A stretch of 64,000 nt of DNA from Podarcis vaucheri (lineage: Eukaryota), in the NCBI GenBank assembly GCA_965113315.1, contig OZ220363.1; one strand, written 5' to 3'. Each line of letters opens with the position of its first letter. The first letter of the stretch is position 1. Shown here piece after piece: positions 51,701 to 64,000 of this stretch. Both the position numbers and the translations under genes were made by a program. The notes beneath the pieces were generated by a model. That model had not been told where the DNA came from. It was given only the letters and a program-made list of their open reading frames with translations, and did no database searches.

Positions 51701-53931
51701 TTATTAAATTTGTATACAACCCTATATCCGAAGATCACAGGGCAGCTCACAACATAAAAATACAAAATAAAAACACAAAGTGCATAATAAAACAAAAACA
51801 CACCTTCTGCTGTAGGAAAAACTCTACAATAAGTCCCCACAGGTCTGTGAAAGACACTTTCCGTCCAGCATTCTCCATTGCAACCAGTTCTTGAAAGTAA
51901 TACTTCAGCTGCTCTGAAGAAAAAGCTCCTACTTTACTGCTTGACATTTTATCCCGGGCAGTGCTGATAAAGTCTCCGGGATCTTTGCTGGACCACTCAG
52001 AATCTTTATACAGCATTGACATGCACCTGCAAAGATAAAATATTAAATTTCTGCATCAAATCTAGTACCAGGAAGCGTAAAGGAAGAAGATAAGACCTTA
52101 TATTTATACGCAACAGTAGCAGCAAGGCTATTGATTGCGAAAAACTGGAAAAGTGGTATAATACCGACAAAAACAGAGTGGCTTGCCAAATTATTGGAGT
52201 ATTACAATATATCCAAAACAATGGAAGAAATTGGAAGGATTTCGAAAGAAAAGATAGATAGGGACTGGAAAGTGTTTAAAAGATACTTGCAAAATCATAT
52301 CGAAAAATCAGAACTCCTATTAGAATAAACAAGTTCCGTTTCAAATACTGAAATATCAAATAAGATGGAAAACAACGTGTAATAGAAAAAGAAGTATGAA
52401 ATTAGGGTAAAGGTGTGTGAAAGAAAGTAATAGAAGTGGAAAGATATTGTAATTGAGTAGATTGGAAGTCAACACAAAGGTGGGGTGAAGGGTCGGTGGA
52501 TGGTGATGGGGAAAGGAACTATTTGTGGGATTGAGTGTAAGTATGTTTGAATATTTTTAAAGATTGTATGAAATGTATGTTTGTATGCTTGTATATGTGT
52601 ATTAATGATAAAAAATAATAAAATTTATTTAAAAAAATAAAAAAAAAAAATCTAATTTTTATATACTATCCGCTACTTTTTCTAAAGTAAGAGTATTTTA
52701 GAAGTCACTGTCTGCTTAAAAAGACTAAGGGCTCTCCCGTGCCTAGAAAGCAAGGGTCTGAGCAGTTTTCTGTTTGTCCATGCTTTCTAAGCACAGGTCC
52801 AACTAGTTTTGCCTTTGCCACGCTGGTTTTCCTGGGGGGAAGCAGTGGGCCAAATGTAGATGAGCTCTAAATAAACTTGAGAAGAAAGTGTTCTCTTCCA
52901 TTGTGGCTACAGCACAAAGAAGCTGTAAGGGAGACTTTCTAGCTTAGAAAGGGAATGATAAGCTGTAGGAGACATAAGAACAGGACAAGACAGAGTTCAT
53001 GATATGATTTTTAAGCACTCTAAGAAACAAACCCAAAGTTGAAGAAGCATATTTTGTACAGAAATACATGGTTTTATTTAAGGGCTACAGATGCATCCAT
53101 TCTATTTGTATGTGTATTTGTATGAATGTGAGTGTGACAGAGTGTGTGCGGGGGGAGAGCGGTGGCTGCTGGGAAATCAACTGACTGTCCTATTTTTTAA
53201 AAAAACTTATTGAAAAGTGTGCAGTTTCACTTTTAAGCTTATTGAAAGGTTTTGTAGGCAATTATTTACTTCATCAGATGCTAGAATGAAACACTATTTT
53301 AATCAATACTCCAAAAAGCGCAAGAAGAAATGTTATTCCCTCCTCTGGTTCAAGATAAGAAATAAGAATTTTCATGCTCACATACCATGTAGAGCCTGAG
53401 ATCCCAGAGAGATATGTGACAGAGTCAAGAAGATTTAGTTGCTGAAGCCCAAACAGGCTGCCATAAAATGATGTCAGTGCTCTGATGCCTCCACCAGATC
53501 CTAGGACTGCTATAACAGGTACCTTAAAAGGGGGGGGGGAGAGAGAAAGCCGGTGAACAAAATTGTGCATTGTATATGTTACAGAGTATTCCTATTATTC
53601 CACTATTTGTCTGACAGAATCATTTTAAAATATTTTTAGTTGGTAGGTTGAGTTGAGCTGGAGCTAATTAAGGCTTTCTCCGAGACTTTCCAAGACTTTC
53701 TCTAAGACTTTTAACTCAAGCTTTTACCTCAAACTTTGTGAATTTTGTTGAGGAAAAGCTGCCAAATGATAGAGTTAAAATACTGAGGCTGATAAAAGCT
53801 AATAAAAGACTGATAAAACTAATAAAAACCGCACAGCTGATGCAGAGCTCAAGTTAATGCTACCACTAACGATGCCATCTTGAAGACCTGTTGGGTCTCT
53901 GGACCGTAATAAAGATTGATTAATAAAGATA

Positions 53932-53976
<45 letters not shown>

Positions 53977-56900
53977 AAGGCACCTAACTAAATGAGATAT
54001 GTAATATGGGATATATAATAACCAGTGTGGTGTAGTGGTTTGAGTAATGGACTAGGACCTGTAGGGTTTGAATCCCTACCCAGCCATGAAGCTCACTGGG
54101 TGACCCCGGACCACTCACTGCCTCTCAGCCTCACAGGGCTGTTGTGAGGATTAAAATGAGGAGAGAGAAAGAGATCCATGTATACCAACTTGAGGTCCTT
54201 GGAGGGGGAAAGGTGGGACATAAATGCAATAAAAGAAATTAAATGACTAAACTCTTGAACAACAAGATGCCCTATTTTATTATGAGCTGTAGCCAATTAC
54301 GAATGGCTCTGCATCTCATATTGACAAGTCACATACCTCTTCTTTATCAAGGTCCTCCCTCAACTGCAGCGTCTTCTTTAGTGCCTGAGATACTATTTCC
54401 TTCCTCTGGTCCAGAAACTGTTTCTCTTCTTTACAAAGATCAAAACCCAGACGTACATCAAGATCCTTTGTCCTGGTATAGAAAATAGTGTTAAAGGAGA
54501 AAATATGGTGGTTATATACAGTATAAAGGGCCTGGCAACCTTTTTGGCCAACATGTGATGTGGGGTGAGAGATGCATGTCAGCTGTGGGGCAAGATCCAA
54601 TATTCCTCTCACCTCCTCTTAAATACATATACTTTCCCCCCCCACACACACACACACATACAGTTTTCCCCTCCCTTAACAAATAATGGAAAGATGTATG
54701 AAGTGTTTCAGTATTCTGAAAAAGTTCATCTCAAAAATCAAATCCGGCTTGGGTAATTTCAAGACTGGAGACTTAAACAAAACTAAGCTAAGTCATGGCT
54801 GAAAAAGAAGGAAGTCAAAAGTGGTTGAGAATCCAACATACAGTGCAATTGGAAATGCATGTGTAGTTTTCCCTGCAGCTCTAGCACCCAAAAGGCAAAT
54901 AGCTTTTGCAACTAAGCAATGCCTCTTCTGCACTGGGAGGCTTTTGCAGGAAAAGGTTCAAAGAGCACACTCACTCATTGCCCCAGCATCCTCACCCATA
55001 TGCACCTGTGTTTTCCTTGTCTGGCAATCACAAACCCAGAAAAGCAAATTAAAATTATGCCCCTAAAACAGCTCCTGGGTGCAAGACTCACATTTTTTCA
55101 GCCTTCACGTGTAGATCCACACTTAAATCCTAAGATGAAAGACAGCACACACTGAAAGAGGTTGCGGGGGGAATTTTCCAATTAATTAACCCATGCTCTT
55201 CTTGTTAACCAGTTAGTGAAATGTTATCTTCCTTTTGGTCCCTTAACCCCACGCTACCTCTACCCCAAAGTCCTTACTTTGAGTCAGTTTTGCAGGACCT
55301 TACCCACAGAGCAAATAAACACAGAACATACCTTTTCAGGCAATCCCAGCACCATCTCATGTGCCTAACTGAATAAAACCTTAAAACCAAGCCAACAGAT
55401 TGACCTAGCGAATATCTGTGTGTGTTTAGGGACAAACATGTGGTACTTTTTGGTGGCAGGGGACTTGAAAGAAAACACAATACATTTATACTTTAAATCA
55501 GGCCTGCATAACTTGTGAGATACTAAACTAAATACCAAAAGGCTAATGATAATAATAAACCTTCCCTTAAATGACAAATTTCCAGGGGGGAGGGTGGGTC
55601 ATGGGGGCCAGATGTGCTTAGCTGCCTACAGATTAGCCACCCCAATCTACACCTGAAAGACCTTGCAAGAGGAGTTTCCGCAACAACCCAACCCAAAATT
55701 GCTAAAATGAAGTTAAAAAATAAATAAATCATACTGTTACCTTTCCTAGTGAAACAGCCATATCAACTTCCTTTTCCAGAGGAAGTGACTGCAGTGGAAC
55801 AATCCCTGATCCAAGAATTGTACTATGCTCTTCAAAGTCTGGGCTCACTCCATCCTGAGAATAAAGAAATACATTTCATAAGGAAAACAAGTTTGTAAGC
55901 ATTCTCTAATGGGATGTGTGGTGATTTCTCACCTGAAGGATGGTAATGGTTCGCTCTAACTCCACATCCAGTTCTGAACACATCCCTTGGCCTACATGAA
56001 AGACAAATGAGTTTCCACAATTCTGATCGGAGTCCGATTTGCAGGAAATGGACAACTGCTTCTCATAGGCACCTGGAAGCGAGAGCTTGAGCAGTCTGCT
56101 TCCTAAAAAGGACAGTGAGACATTTAGGACATGCATTCCTAAGAGAAATCCTATACAATATGTAAGTAGAGACTACTCTTAGAGATGGCAGAGCAACCAA
56201 AGTATCAATAACAAAATGCCAAGCTCCTACATCATGGATAAGATATTAAAAATTCTCTTTGTTACTAATATTAATGGATTGAAATTTGGTTAAATTAATG
56301 GAAAATCTGGATTCTGAAGCAATGAAGCCTACTGCCTCCTCCATGTATATACCACACTTAGGTATTAATGGTAATGAAATAAAGAAGAAGAAGCTGACTA
56401 AGTAGACTTCAAATTATTGTACCCTATTTTTTGTATCATTTTGAAAATGAAAATTAACACTTTCGTCCGAAAAGGCAAAAAAACAGGGTGGAAAGACTAA
56501 GGACTCAGCTACATTCGTCACAATAATACGCTTTGGATGCGTTATAAATATCCAACACCAGATGGGGACAGAGAGCAAAAAGGAGTTTATATGGATTTTT
56601 ACATAGGCTTTTTTTCCTTCTTTTGTTGTAATGATTTAACTTCTGACTTATCTATAGAGTTTTTAACCTGTGTCTAGATCTACCCTATCACCCACGTTCT
56701 TTCCTCACAAATGTACACTTTAAGCAAGCCGCTTTAGAGTTTCTCTACTCTCCTTATTTCATAACACAGTCTTTCCAAGGATGCATATTGGCCTGGGAGT
56801 CAGAAAGCCAAGAAGGAAGTGGTGACACAAAGAGACAGCTTACTCAACATGTTGAGACAAGACCATGCAAACATACTGGCCCCCTGAGAAGAACCTGCAG

Positions 56901-59900
56901 CTGCTTTGCAGCTCCCCAGTCCTTTTTGTGCTACACCACACTAAGCCAACTTTTAACTTAGCATATCATCCAGTCCAAGAATTGTGGTTAAGCTCTCTCC
57001 CCTTGCTAACCATGAGCTGTAGCCGAGAACTTGTATAGACTTTCTTGCTTGAGAGCCAGTGTGGTGTAGTGGTTAAGAGCGGTAGTCTCGTAATCTGGGG
57101 AACCGGGTTCGCTTCCCCACTCCTCCACATGCAGCTGCTGGGTGACCTTGGGCTAGTCACACTTCTCTGATGTCTCTCAGCCCCACTCAGAGTGTATCTG
57201 AAGAAGTGTGCATGCACACGAAAGCTCATGCCAAGAACTAACTTAGTTGGTCTTTAAGGTGCTACTGGAAGGAATTTTTTTATTTCACCTCACAGAGTGT
57301 TTGTTGTGGGGGAGGAAGGGAAAGGAGAATGTTAGCCGCTTTGAGACTCCTTAGGGTAGTGATAAAGCGGGATATCAAATCCAAACTCCTCTTCTTCTTC
57401 AACTAACTCATGAAACATCCAAATTAAAGCATACCTAGTTTATCTACTTTGAAATTTGGGCAGAGCGGGAGAGGAACAAAACCAAAATTGGACTTACCCT
57501 GCTCTCTCAGAGGTGGCTTTTCATCTTTGTTAATAACCCCTTGCACGCAAAGGCAAGGGTACGCCTACATCGAACAAAACAAAATTTTAAAATACTAGTT
57601 TTGAAATATGGTGCTTTGCATGACTTCTCATACAGTGAAAGGTTTAGACCAGGGGTCTGCAACCTTTAAGACAAAAAGAGCCACTTGGACCCGTTTCCGA
57701 AGAAAAAACAACAACTGGGAGCCGCAAAACCATTGCGACATTTAAAACAAATATATCTCCGGAGCCACGACCTGAGAGCGGGCAGGAAGGTGACGTCGGG
57801 ACGGTGCGTGACTAACGCACGCACCGCCCCCATGCGACGTCACAGCCAGTACAGCGCCCGCCACAGTGAGGAGTGTCAGGGTGCACAATGCGCCTCCTCC
57901 CCTTGGTAGTATCTGCCCCGGAGCCGCAGCAAAGATGTAAAAGAGCCACATGCGGCTCCGGAGCCGCGGGTTGCAGACCCCTGGTTTAGACTGAATTCCA
58001 GGAAAATGTTTTGGTTCTACCCCCCCCCCACCCCCACCCCCGCACTGCAGTTTCCAAAGCTTTCACAGCAGACAACCAAAGGGGAACAGATAGAGATGAT
58101 CACACCAGTGAAAAGGAAGTGTCTGTCACTGCTGTGCTCCCGTCTCTTCCTCACCTTTCATCTTGAATATCCTCTACCCGCACACACAACGGCAAAACTA
58201 ATTGCTCTAAGTATTTCAAAGAGAGGGAAAATGCTTTGATTTTGAAAGGGCTCTCCTGCTAAGTGCGCACACCACAAAACACAATTCCCAAACACCTGGC
58301 TCTCCGAACACTCACCACAAGGACACCATTTGTGATAACTTCACCAGGAGCATCCGTGCTGTAAAGGCAAAATACAGCCATAAACAAACATAAAAATATG
58401 TTTACACGTGCCATTAAAAAAGAGGGAAAATAAAAAGACCCCCAGGTGCTTTAAGGCAGGGATCAACATTATTTTATATTGATTTCTTCCCAACTTCACC
58501 ATAAGGTTCCATTCTAGCTTGCAGCCATTTAAAAAGAAAATAGCCAAATCGGCTATTTTTGGCCATAGAATAGGGTGGGTCTTAAAACGTATTTAAAATG
58601 CAGCAGTGTTTTAGGAATAGTTCCTCACGAGGCACAATTCCCATGACTCAAATATTAAATATTGAATTTACTATCTGTGAAAGGAGCCTGTGACATACAG
58701 TACTTATCACTACATCTACCCTTCGCTTTCTACTTCCTACTTTTAAAAAAGAAGCCTGTTGGGACAGGAATTACGCATTGTTTATATTTCATAGAAATCT
58801 GCTTAGTCAGCTACAATAATGAGAATTAACACAGAAGACAAAAAGAAAGAATGCATTAACTTTGTATATTATTATTATCACCATCATCATCATCAGTAGT
58901 AGTATTTTACACAGCCTTTACCCTTACTTCCTAGGGTGGGTGACAATATTTAAAATACAACATTCAAAACAGTTTTTAAAACTTACCATTACAAAAATAT
59001 GTAACCACAAAAATAGGATGGGCCCTGAAACTATACATCTCAGATGTCAAAGGCAAGGGGAAAGGCCATTGTGCGTATGAATGTGCAAGGGTCCAGAAAG
59101 GAAATGAAAGGGGGGGAATCATGCCTATATACACCTAAATCATTTCAGTCACCCCTAGAGTAACTCAATAAAGGCAAGGCCCAAGATACCAATAAAACTG
59201 CATATGGCTGCAATGCCAGTGATACAAGACAAAGGCTGAGAAGCAAGCAGGATTCCACTTGGGCAATGGGACTTTCCCCCTTCCTGTACACGCCAAAAAG
59301 CCACCCCTAAGAGCTCAGAAACCTTCTAGGATCAGATTAAAGGAAGCCACACTGAATACAATTATTTCCTTCATTGCTTGAATGTTTAGAACTGCAGCCA
59401 CTACAGCAGCGGAGTGTATGGCCATGCTGCCTGGGGCATCTGCGGGATGCGCCCTCAAGGGGTGTGTGTCAGGAGTTCAGCCTACACTCGAGTAGGTGGC
59501 AGAGACACATGCCCGACTGGCATGTTCGCTCCCTCCTGGTCGTTCGTTTGGGAGCTTCAAAAGCTTTCTTCTGCCCGAACATCACAGTGACCGATGCCAA
59601 CGACTGCGGAGGGATCCACAGAGTTTGCGCATCACACGTAACAGAGCTCAGCAACTCAGCATTTTGGCTAATCTACTTTATTTACATATGAACACACACG
59701 GAGCACTGCAATATGGCTCCCTCTCTCTGTAGCATCAGACGGGAAAGAGAAAAAGAAGAAAAGACAATAGTCCCACTTCACGGAACACAGTAACACAAAC
59801 ATCCTGTCTCCGTCACTTCCCACTCTGTGGAGTCAAAGCATATACCGTCATGTGAAAGACAAAAATCCCATGACTGCAATCATGGAGCAGGAATTCTAAC

Positions 59901-62648
59901 AGGGTGGGCTGCAGACGGTGCCTTCCCGGGCGCCGCAGTCCAGGGGAGGAGAGGGGAAGCTATCTCTCCCCCCACTCTCCACCATTGGGTCACACCTGAC
60001 CCGGTGGCAGAGCTGCTGCAGCTGGGTGTAAGGTGTGCCGCGGCCAAGGAAGGTGGGCAGCTTCATTGTCACCCACTCTCTTGCTCTTTGCCGCTGGGTC
60101 AGATGTGACCTGTTGGCAGAGCTGCTGCAGACAGGCGCAAGGTGTGCCATGGCCGAGGATGGTAGGCAACAGCAATCTGCCCATTCTCCTGTCCTCCTCA
60201 ACCAGGTCAGGTCTGACCCAGGGCCAGAGATGTGGCCAGGCATGAGGGCCACAGCCAAGGTGCAGCTCCTTCTCACTTGGAACCAGGCTCCAAGGAAGGA
60301 GCCTGCTGTTGGGACGCCTGTTTGCGCCCACTCACAAAATTGTGCCTAAGGCCAAGGTCCCCATGCCCCTCCCCCCACTACGCTTCTGAGCCACCATGAC
60401 AATGGAAAATTTAGCAGCTCTCACCTTTCCTCCAGAAGAAACTCTACATCCAGCTCTTCTTTGTCCTACAAATAAATAAATATATTAACATACAGACTTC
60501 TTCCATCAGCACAGGGCTGGACTGTATTGCATTTGAGGTCTCTTCCAACTTTTGTGCCTCTAAGATATGTTAGCAGCAGGAACAAGCTAAAAAATAGCTC
60601 AGGATACAAGTAACTGGTGAAGTCCTGGCCAAACCTACCTAGATATCAAGAAGCAAAGTTAGGTTCAAGAACATTCCTGAGAACCTGATTCCCCCCCCCC
60701 CATTCAATAAACAAAAGAACTAACCTCTTTTAGTTTAAATGTTTGTTTCAGAGGGCGACCTGTCTTCATCGATGTCACATCATACACGAGAGAAGTAAGT
60801 TCATCACTTAAGAGAACATCTTTATCAAAGAGTGTCAACTCAAGCGTGTTCTGAAACAACAGAAGTCCAGAACTGAAACAGTAGGGAAAGAAAGTGTGCA
60901 TTAAATATCGTATTTCAGGTAAAAGATGACCTGTTCTGAGATAAAAAGAAAAAGTTCAGGGCTGATCCACTGCCCACCACTGTGAGCCGCAAGATCTGAT
61001 GATGACATTGGGGGAAGCCATGTTTTTTCCATATAATTCCCCCTGAGAGCAAAATAGCATGATTAAATCCTGTTCCCAGAGGGGCTTGCCGTATGTTTAT
61101 TAAGAGCCCCATATGCTAACTGCTCCAGGCTTTGGCAGCGGGATGCCCTATTTTCAATTGTTTTACCACATTTATAGAGAAGGGGGGGGGGGGAGATGGT
61201 GGCAGTATACAACCCTTGGATAACCTTGTTAAGAACTGTGCCAGACTGTGGATTCTGAAGTGGACCACTAAACCTATCTGAGTCATGATCCAGATCAAAT
61301 CAGGTGAGTCCACTTGGGAATCAGATGTGGACAGATTCCTTCTTCCCCATCCCTAGCATTGCATTACTTATCTGTATTCGCCCACAGACAGCCACCACAC
61401 CATTTAAAATCTCTCATTTGTATAAATTAGGGGTGGGCAAACTTTTCCCTCAGGGATAATCTGTTGTGGGACTGGCAGTGGGCAGGACAAGAGCCAAAAG
61501 CGGGTGGAGCTACCTCTTTCCTATTTCTCTCCATGGCACCATCTCTCACATTAACCAGTGGACTGCCATATTGTTCTTACCAAAAGTCTAACTGATCTCG
61601 TGTAGAGGGCTTCCACCCCCTTCTCACTCCTCCTATCTGCTTCAGCTCTCTCTCCTTCAAACCCACTCCATTCCACTTTCTGTGCCTCCAGGCTTTCCTC
61701 ATCCATATGAAATTAGGCCTTAAGTAACAGGTCCTCCATCCCCACCCCACACTAAAGTGTAGACCATACATTGGAAAGGCTTTTTCTTTTCCTGACTTAT
61801 CAATGTCATGGTTGCCTGCCTCAGAAAGTTGAGGTTTGCTCAGTTATTCTGTTCTATTGTGCTAGGGTTGCCATATTTCAAAAAGTGAAAATCTGGACAC
61901 AAAGGTTGTTGAGCTTTCTTTGGGTCTATGGTCCCAAACCACTAAGAATTCAAACCTAAGATTTTGTTAGACAATGGCTGAACATATTCTTCACTTAAAG
62001 TCTTTTTTTTTTTAAAGTACAGTACATTGTGATTTCCCACCTCCCCACCCTGCTATTCAGCTCTGGATTGCTCTGCTAATATAAAATCTGGGCTTATGGA
62101 TCACAGAGAGACGTCAAGGCAATGCATTCTGTGAGAGATTAGACCAGCCAGCCATTTTGCTACCTGTCTGGAGTTAGCAGCCAACTGGAACATTTTCCTC
62201 CCTGCCGTTTCTCAGGCTTAAGGGAACAGCAAACAGCAGAGGGCTTTCAAGGCTGCCTATCTCAGTTGTAAGATCAGTGACAGGTGACAAGAATAATATC
62301 TGAGGAGTAAGGCAAGGGAGGGTGGAAGAGATTTACAAGGCACTGGGGTTCCAATAAAGATTTAAGACTGAATTAGATTTACTCCTCACCCCTCAATATT
62401 AATGTATTTGGTTCTGTGGGAGAAATCAAACTACTTTCCCTCCTTCCTAAATCAAGGAATGTTACCTAATATAGCAATTGTTCGGAATCAAGAAGTATTG
62501 ATCTTTTTTACCTTGACAGCGTTGTGAATTCTATAGTGGAAAGTTTCATTCCATTCTGGATCACTGGAGTTGTCAATAACTCGCGTTCGGTAAGTGAGTG
62601 GTGATGCAGTCGGCATACGCAGTTCTACATAGCAATCTGCCTCGGACA
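45480..62648 (-). CDS. PLA2G4F: Cytosolic phospholipase A2 zeta (group IVF), 18 coding exons; 5'-partial (first two coding exons outside the window)
   Basis: Exons: 62512-62648, 60725-60850, 60425-60465, 58316-58358, 57498-57564, 55933-56102, 55741-55854, 55092-55129, 54337-54472, 53386-53522, 51804-52026, 51253-51367, 50690-50827, 49477-49584, 47570-47764, 47157-47323, 46775-46961, 45480-45703. All are GT-AG and phase-consistent with no stops. C2 domain, GGGIRA, GISGS and LVDGGF motifs are present. [26 protein letters not shown] and [13 protein letters not shown] match recalled zeta-type sequence. Confidence 0.93.
46045..46370 (+). mobile_element. Short L1-like 3' fragment
   Basis: AATAAA plus A-rich tail; TSD AACAACATTCATGTTT at 46029-46044 and 46371-46386. 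Confidence 0.8.
46775..46961 (-). CDS. PLA2G4F: PLA2G4F exon (VLELTQRYC...LHFPLVND...KAP)
   Basis: 187 nt. Confidence 0.93.
47157..47323 (-). CDS. PLA2G4F: PLA2G4F exon with catalytic Asp (THLDAFPN...LVDGGF...APFE)
   Basis: 167 nt. Confidence 0.94.
47570..47764 (-). CDS. PLA2G4F: PLA2G4F exon ([10 protein letters not shown]...FVLGK)
   Basis: 195 nt. Confidence 0.9.
49477..49584 (-). CDS. PLA2G4F: PLA2G4F exon ([11 protein letters not shown]...VKVI)
   Basis: 108 nt. Confidence 0.92.
50690..50827 (-). CDS. PLA2G4F: PLA2G4F exon ([11 protein letters not shown]...CYLQ)
   Basis: 138 nt. Confidence 0.94.
51253..51367 (-). CDS. PLA2G4F: PLA2G4F exon ([10 protein letters not shown]...GDFA)
   Basis: 115 nt. 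Confidence 0.92.
51437..51686. mobile_element. Tigger-like MITE
   Basis: CAGTCG..CGACTG ends; TA flanks. Confidence 0.75.
51804..52026 (-). CDS. PLA2G4F: PLA2G4F exon (CMSMLYKD...FLQQK)
   Basis: 223 nt. Confidence 0.92.
52065..52650 (+). mobile_element. 5'-truncated L1-clade LINE
   Basis: [20 protein letters not shown]2 C-terminus; poly(A) tail; AAATCTA flanks. Confidence 0.85.
53386..53522 (-). CDS. PLA2G4F: PLA2G4F exon with catalytic Arg/Ser ([15 protein letters not shown]...GISGST)
   Basis: 137 nt, GXSGS lipase motif. Confidence 0.95.
53932..53975. repeat. (TA)n(CA)n microsatellite
   Basis: Seen directly. Confidence 0.9.
54022..54240 (+). mobile_element. Diverged tRNA-derived SINE
   Basis: CCAGTGTGGTGTAGTGGTT head. 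Confidence 0.75.
54337..54472 (-). CDS. PLA2G4F: PLA2G4F exon ([13 protein letters not shown]...DKEE)
   Basis: 136 nt. Confidence 0.92.
55092..55129 (-). CDS. PLA2G4F: PLA2G4F exon ([12 protein letters not shown])
   Basis: 38 nt. Confidence 0.85.
55741..55854 (-). CDS. PLA2G4F: PLA2G4F exon (DGVSPDF...SLGK)
   Basis: 114 nt, phase 0-0. Confidence 0.88.
55933..56102 (-). CDS. PLA2G4F: PLA2G4F exon ([14 protein letters not shown]...TILQ)
   Basis: 170 nt. Confidence 0.9.
57051..57400 (+). mobile_element. tRNA-derived SINE (Squam1-like) interrupted by a Penelope-like fragment at about 57190-57284
   Basis: Collinear with the other SINE copies except for the ~95-nt insert. Confidence 0.85.
57194..57231 (+). 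ncRNA. Minimal type-I hammerhead ribozyme motif (Penelope-like element)
   Basis: GTAT-CTGAAGA-A-GTGTGCATGCACAC-GAAA-GCT-C-ATGC. Confidence 0.6.
57498..57564 (-). CDS. PLA2G4F: PLA2G4F exon (AYPCLCVQG...REQ)
   Basis: 67 nt, AG/GT flanks. Confidence 0.88.
57650..57983. mobile_element. hAT/Charlie-like MITE
   Basis: TIR CAGGGGTCTGCAACC; TSD GTTTAGAC. Confidence 0.9.
58316..58358 (-). CDS. PLA2G4F: PLA2G4F exon ([14 protein letters not shown])
   Basis: 43 nt, AG/GT flanks. Confidence 0.9.
60425..60465 (-). CDS. PLA2G4F: PLA2G4F exon ([13 protein letters not shown])
   Basis: 41 nt, AG/GT flanks. Confidence 0.9.
60725..60850 (-). CDS. PLA2G4F: PLA2G4F exon ([11 protein letters not shown]...KLKE)
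   Basis: 126 nt, phase 0-0. Confidence 0.92.
62512..62648 (-). CDS. PLA2G4F: PLA2G4F exon (C2: [15 protein letters not shown]...HNAVK)
   Basis: 137 nt, AG/GT flanks. Confidence 0.93.
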
Positions 62649-63384
62649 CTAGAGGGGGAAAGGGCAGAAATGTGACCAGGAAAGGGTCTCTCTCTCCAAA
62701 AGACAAACAAACAAAAAACTAACAGCAGACTAAGAGAATGAGAAGGTGCTTTTCAAAGTAGTCCAAAGTAGCAGCTTAATAAATACTAAAACAAAGAACA
62801 GGAGTAGTATTAACTCATGAAATCTACCAGTGGGTTTTAGATGTAGAACAAATGTAACTAAAGAGAACAATGTGCTAATATGTTCTTTTCTAACATACAG
62901 GATTATCTGTTTTCAAGCTTGATTAAGTCAGTAAAGCAGAGATGGGGAACATGTGATCCTTCAGATGTTACTGCTCTCACTCCACCCCATTCAGCCTAGC
63001 TGACTGTGGGAGCTGGAATGTAAAAACGTCTATGTGGGACACAGGCTCCTCACCCCTGCTGTACACAGTTTTCTTAAAAGACTGATAATTTGGCAAAATA
63101 ATTTCATGGTTTCCCAAATCTTCAACCACCATTCTGAAGGTTAAGAATGGTCTTCCCTGTATGCCAATTTAGCCACGGTTGATAAATACAATGCAGCTTC
63201 CTAGTTCTCTATTAGCATAGTATGCTATGCTCTTAAACTATGTAGTCATGTTGGGTTAAATGGTACCTAACTTTCAGGCACCCATACCAGATGTGAATAA
63301 ATTCTCCTTGTGGAATTGTGTAAGTTATGCAAGAGACATTTATTGGGGTTTCCCCCCTATTTAACATTCATTATCTCAACTATT

Positions 63385-63590
63385 TTTGCAATACAGTAGT
63401 CCTGCCTGCATGTTTCAAGCAAGATGGGTAACAGAGGCAAGGTCTCTAGATAGGATCTCAGTTTGTATATCAGCCTATATAGGTAAAAAGCACTATTAGT
63501 TACTGCTGCCACCTGAGCTTGCCTAGTTAGCCTGAAGTCCAGTATTACTTCCAAACATATACTTGGTACTTCAGAGGAGTGGTACCCCAT
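63385..63590 (-). mobile_element. Old L2 RT fragment
   Basis: VILDFRL..QVAAVTNSAFYLYRLI..LRSYL...DYC. Confidence 0.65.
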
Positions 63591-64000
63591 CTAAGATGGG
63601 TAGCATATATCCATCCAGAGTAGCCAATTTCCACAGTACTTCTGTCTTATCTGGAAAAAGTTTCAATTTGTTCATCCTGACTCAGCCCAAAATTGTCTTG
63701 AGACTTTGGTTTAATGGTTTGACAGCCTCAGTTCGGATGAATAGAGGGAAATGAAAGTTAGAGCTGACTGTCATTAATGGACAGTTAAGTGCAAGTGTCT
63801 GGATGTCTTCTCCACATCAACGTGAAACTATATGGAAAAGTCCCATCCCCTGCCCCCAAGATTCAGAAAACCATCTGGATTCATCAGCCTCCAGGGTCAT
63901 AACAATAAATTTGGTTCTCCACTTTTGCAGATGTTATTCATAGGTGGCCTGAAGGTCAATGCTGTGTCACTGAGAACTGCTGCACAGCTGGTGTCTGGGA

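Noticed and set aside
62650-64000. Search for the PLA2G4F 73-nt first C2 exon
   Set aside because: No segment with matching motif and splice sites was found; presumed beyond the window.

Overview
Vertebrate genomic DNA, almost certainly from a squamate and probably a lacertid lizard (inferred from Sauria-SINE and Squam-type SINE copies). The window covers part of the tandem group-IV cytosolic phospholipase A2 cluster, all on the minus strand. (1) PLA2G4F (cPLA2-zeta): 18 coding exons at 45480-62648; its first two coding exons lie beyond the right edge. (2) A complete delta-like cPLA2 (PLA2G4D-like, delta/epsilon branch): 20 coding exons at 14868-40427, about 816 aa, with the catalytic Arg/Ser/Asp intact. 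(3) Two candidate N-terminal exons (3397-3971) of a third paralogue, probably PLA2G4E, continuing off the left edge. All exons were read by hand with GT-AG sites and consistent phases. The rest is dense transposon debris: L1, L2, CR1, SINEs, hAT and Tc1/pogo MITEs, Penelope fragments and microsatellites. The most notable items are: a Gypsy 5' LTR with an exact 11-nt self-priming (Tf1/sushi-type) PBS; a minimal hammerhead ribozyme motif inserted in a SINE; a CaaX-like Cys-rich tail on the delta-like enzyme; composite hAT MITEs with different cargo; and a tandem heptamer-octamer (POU) motif carried by a MITE. I see no evidence for a wholly new multi-gene system.
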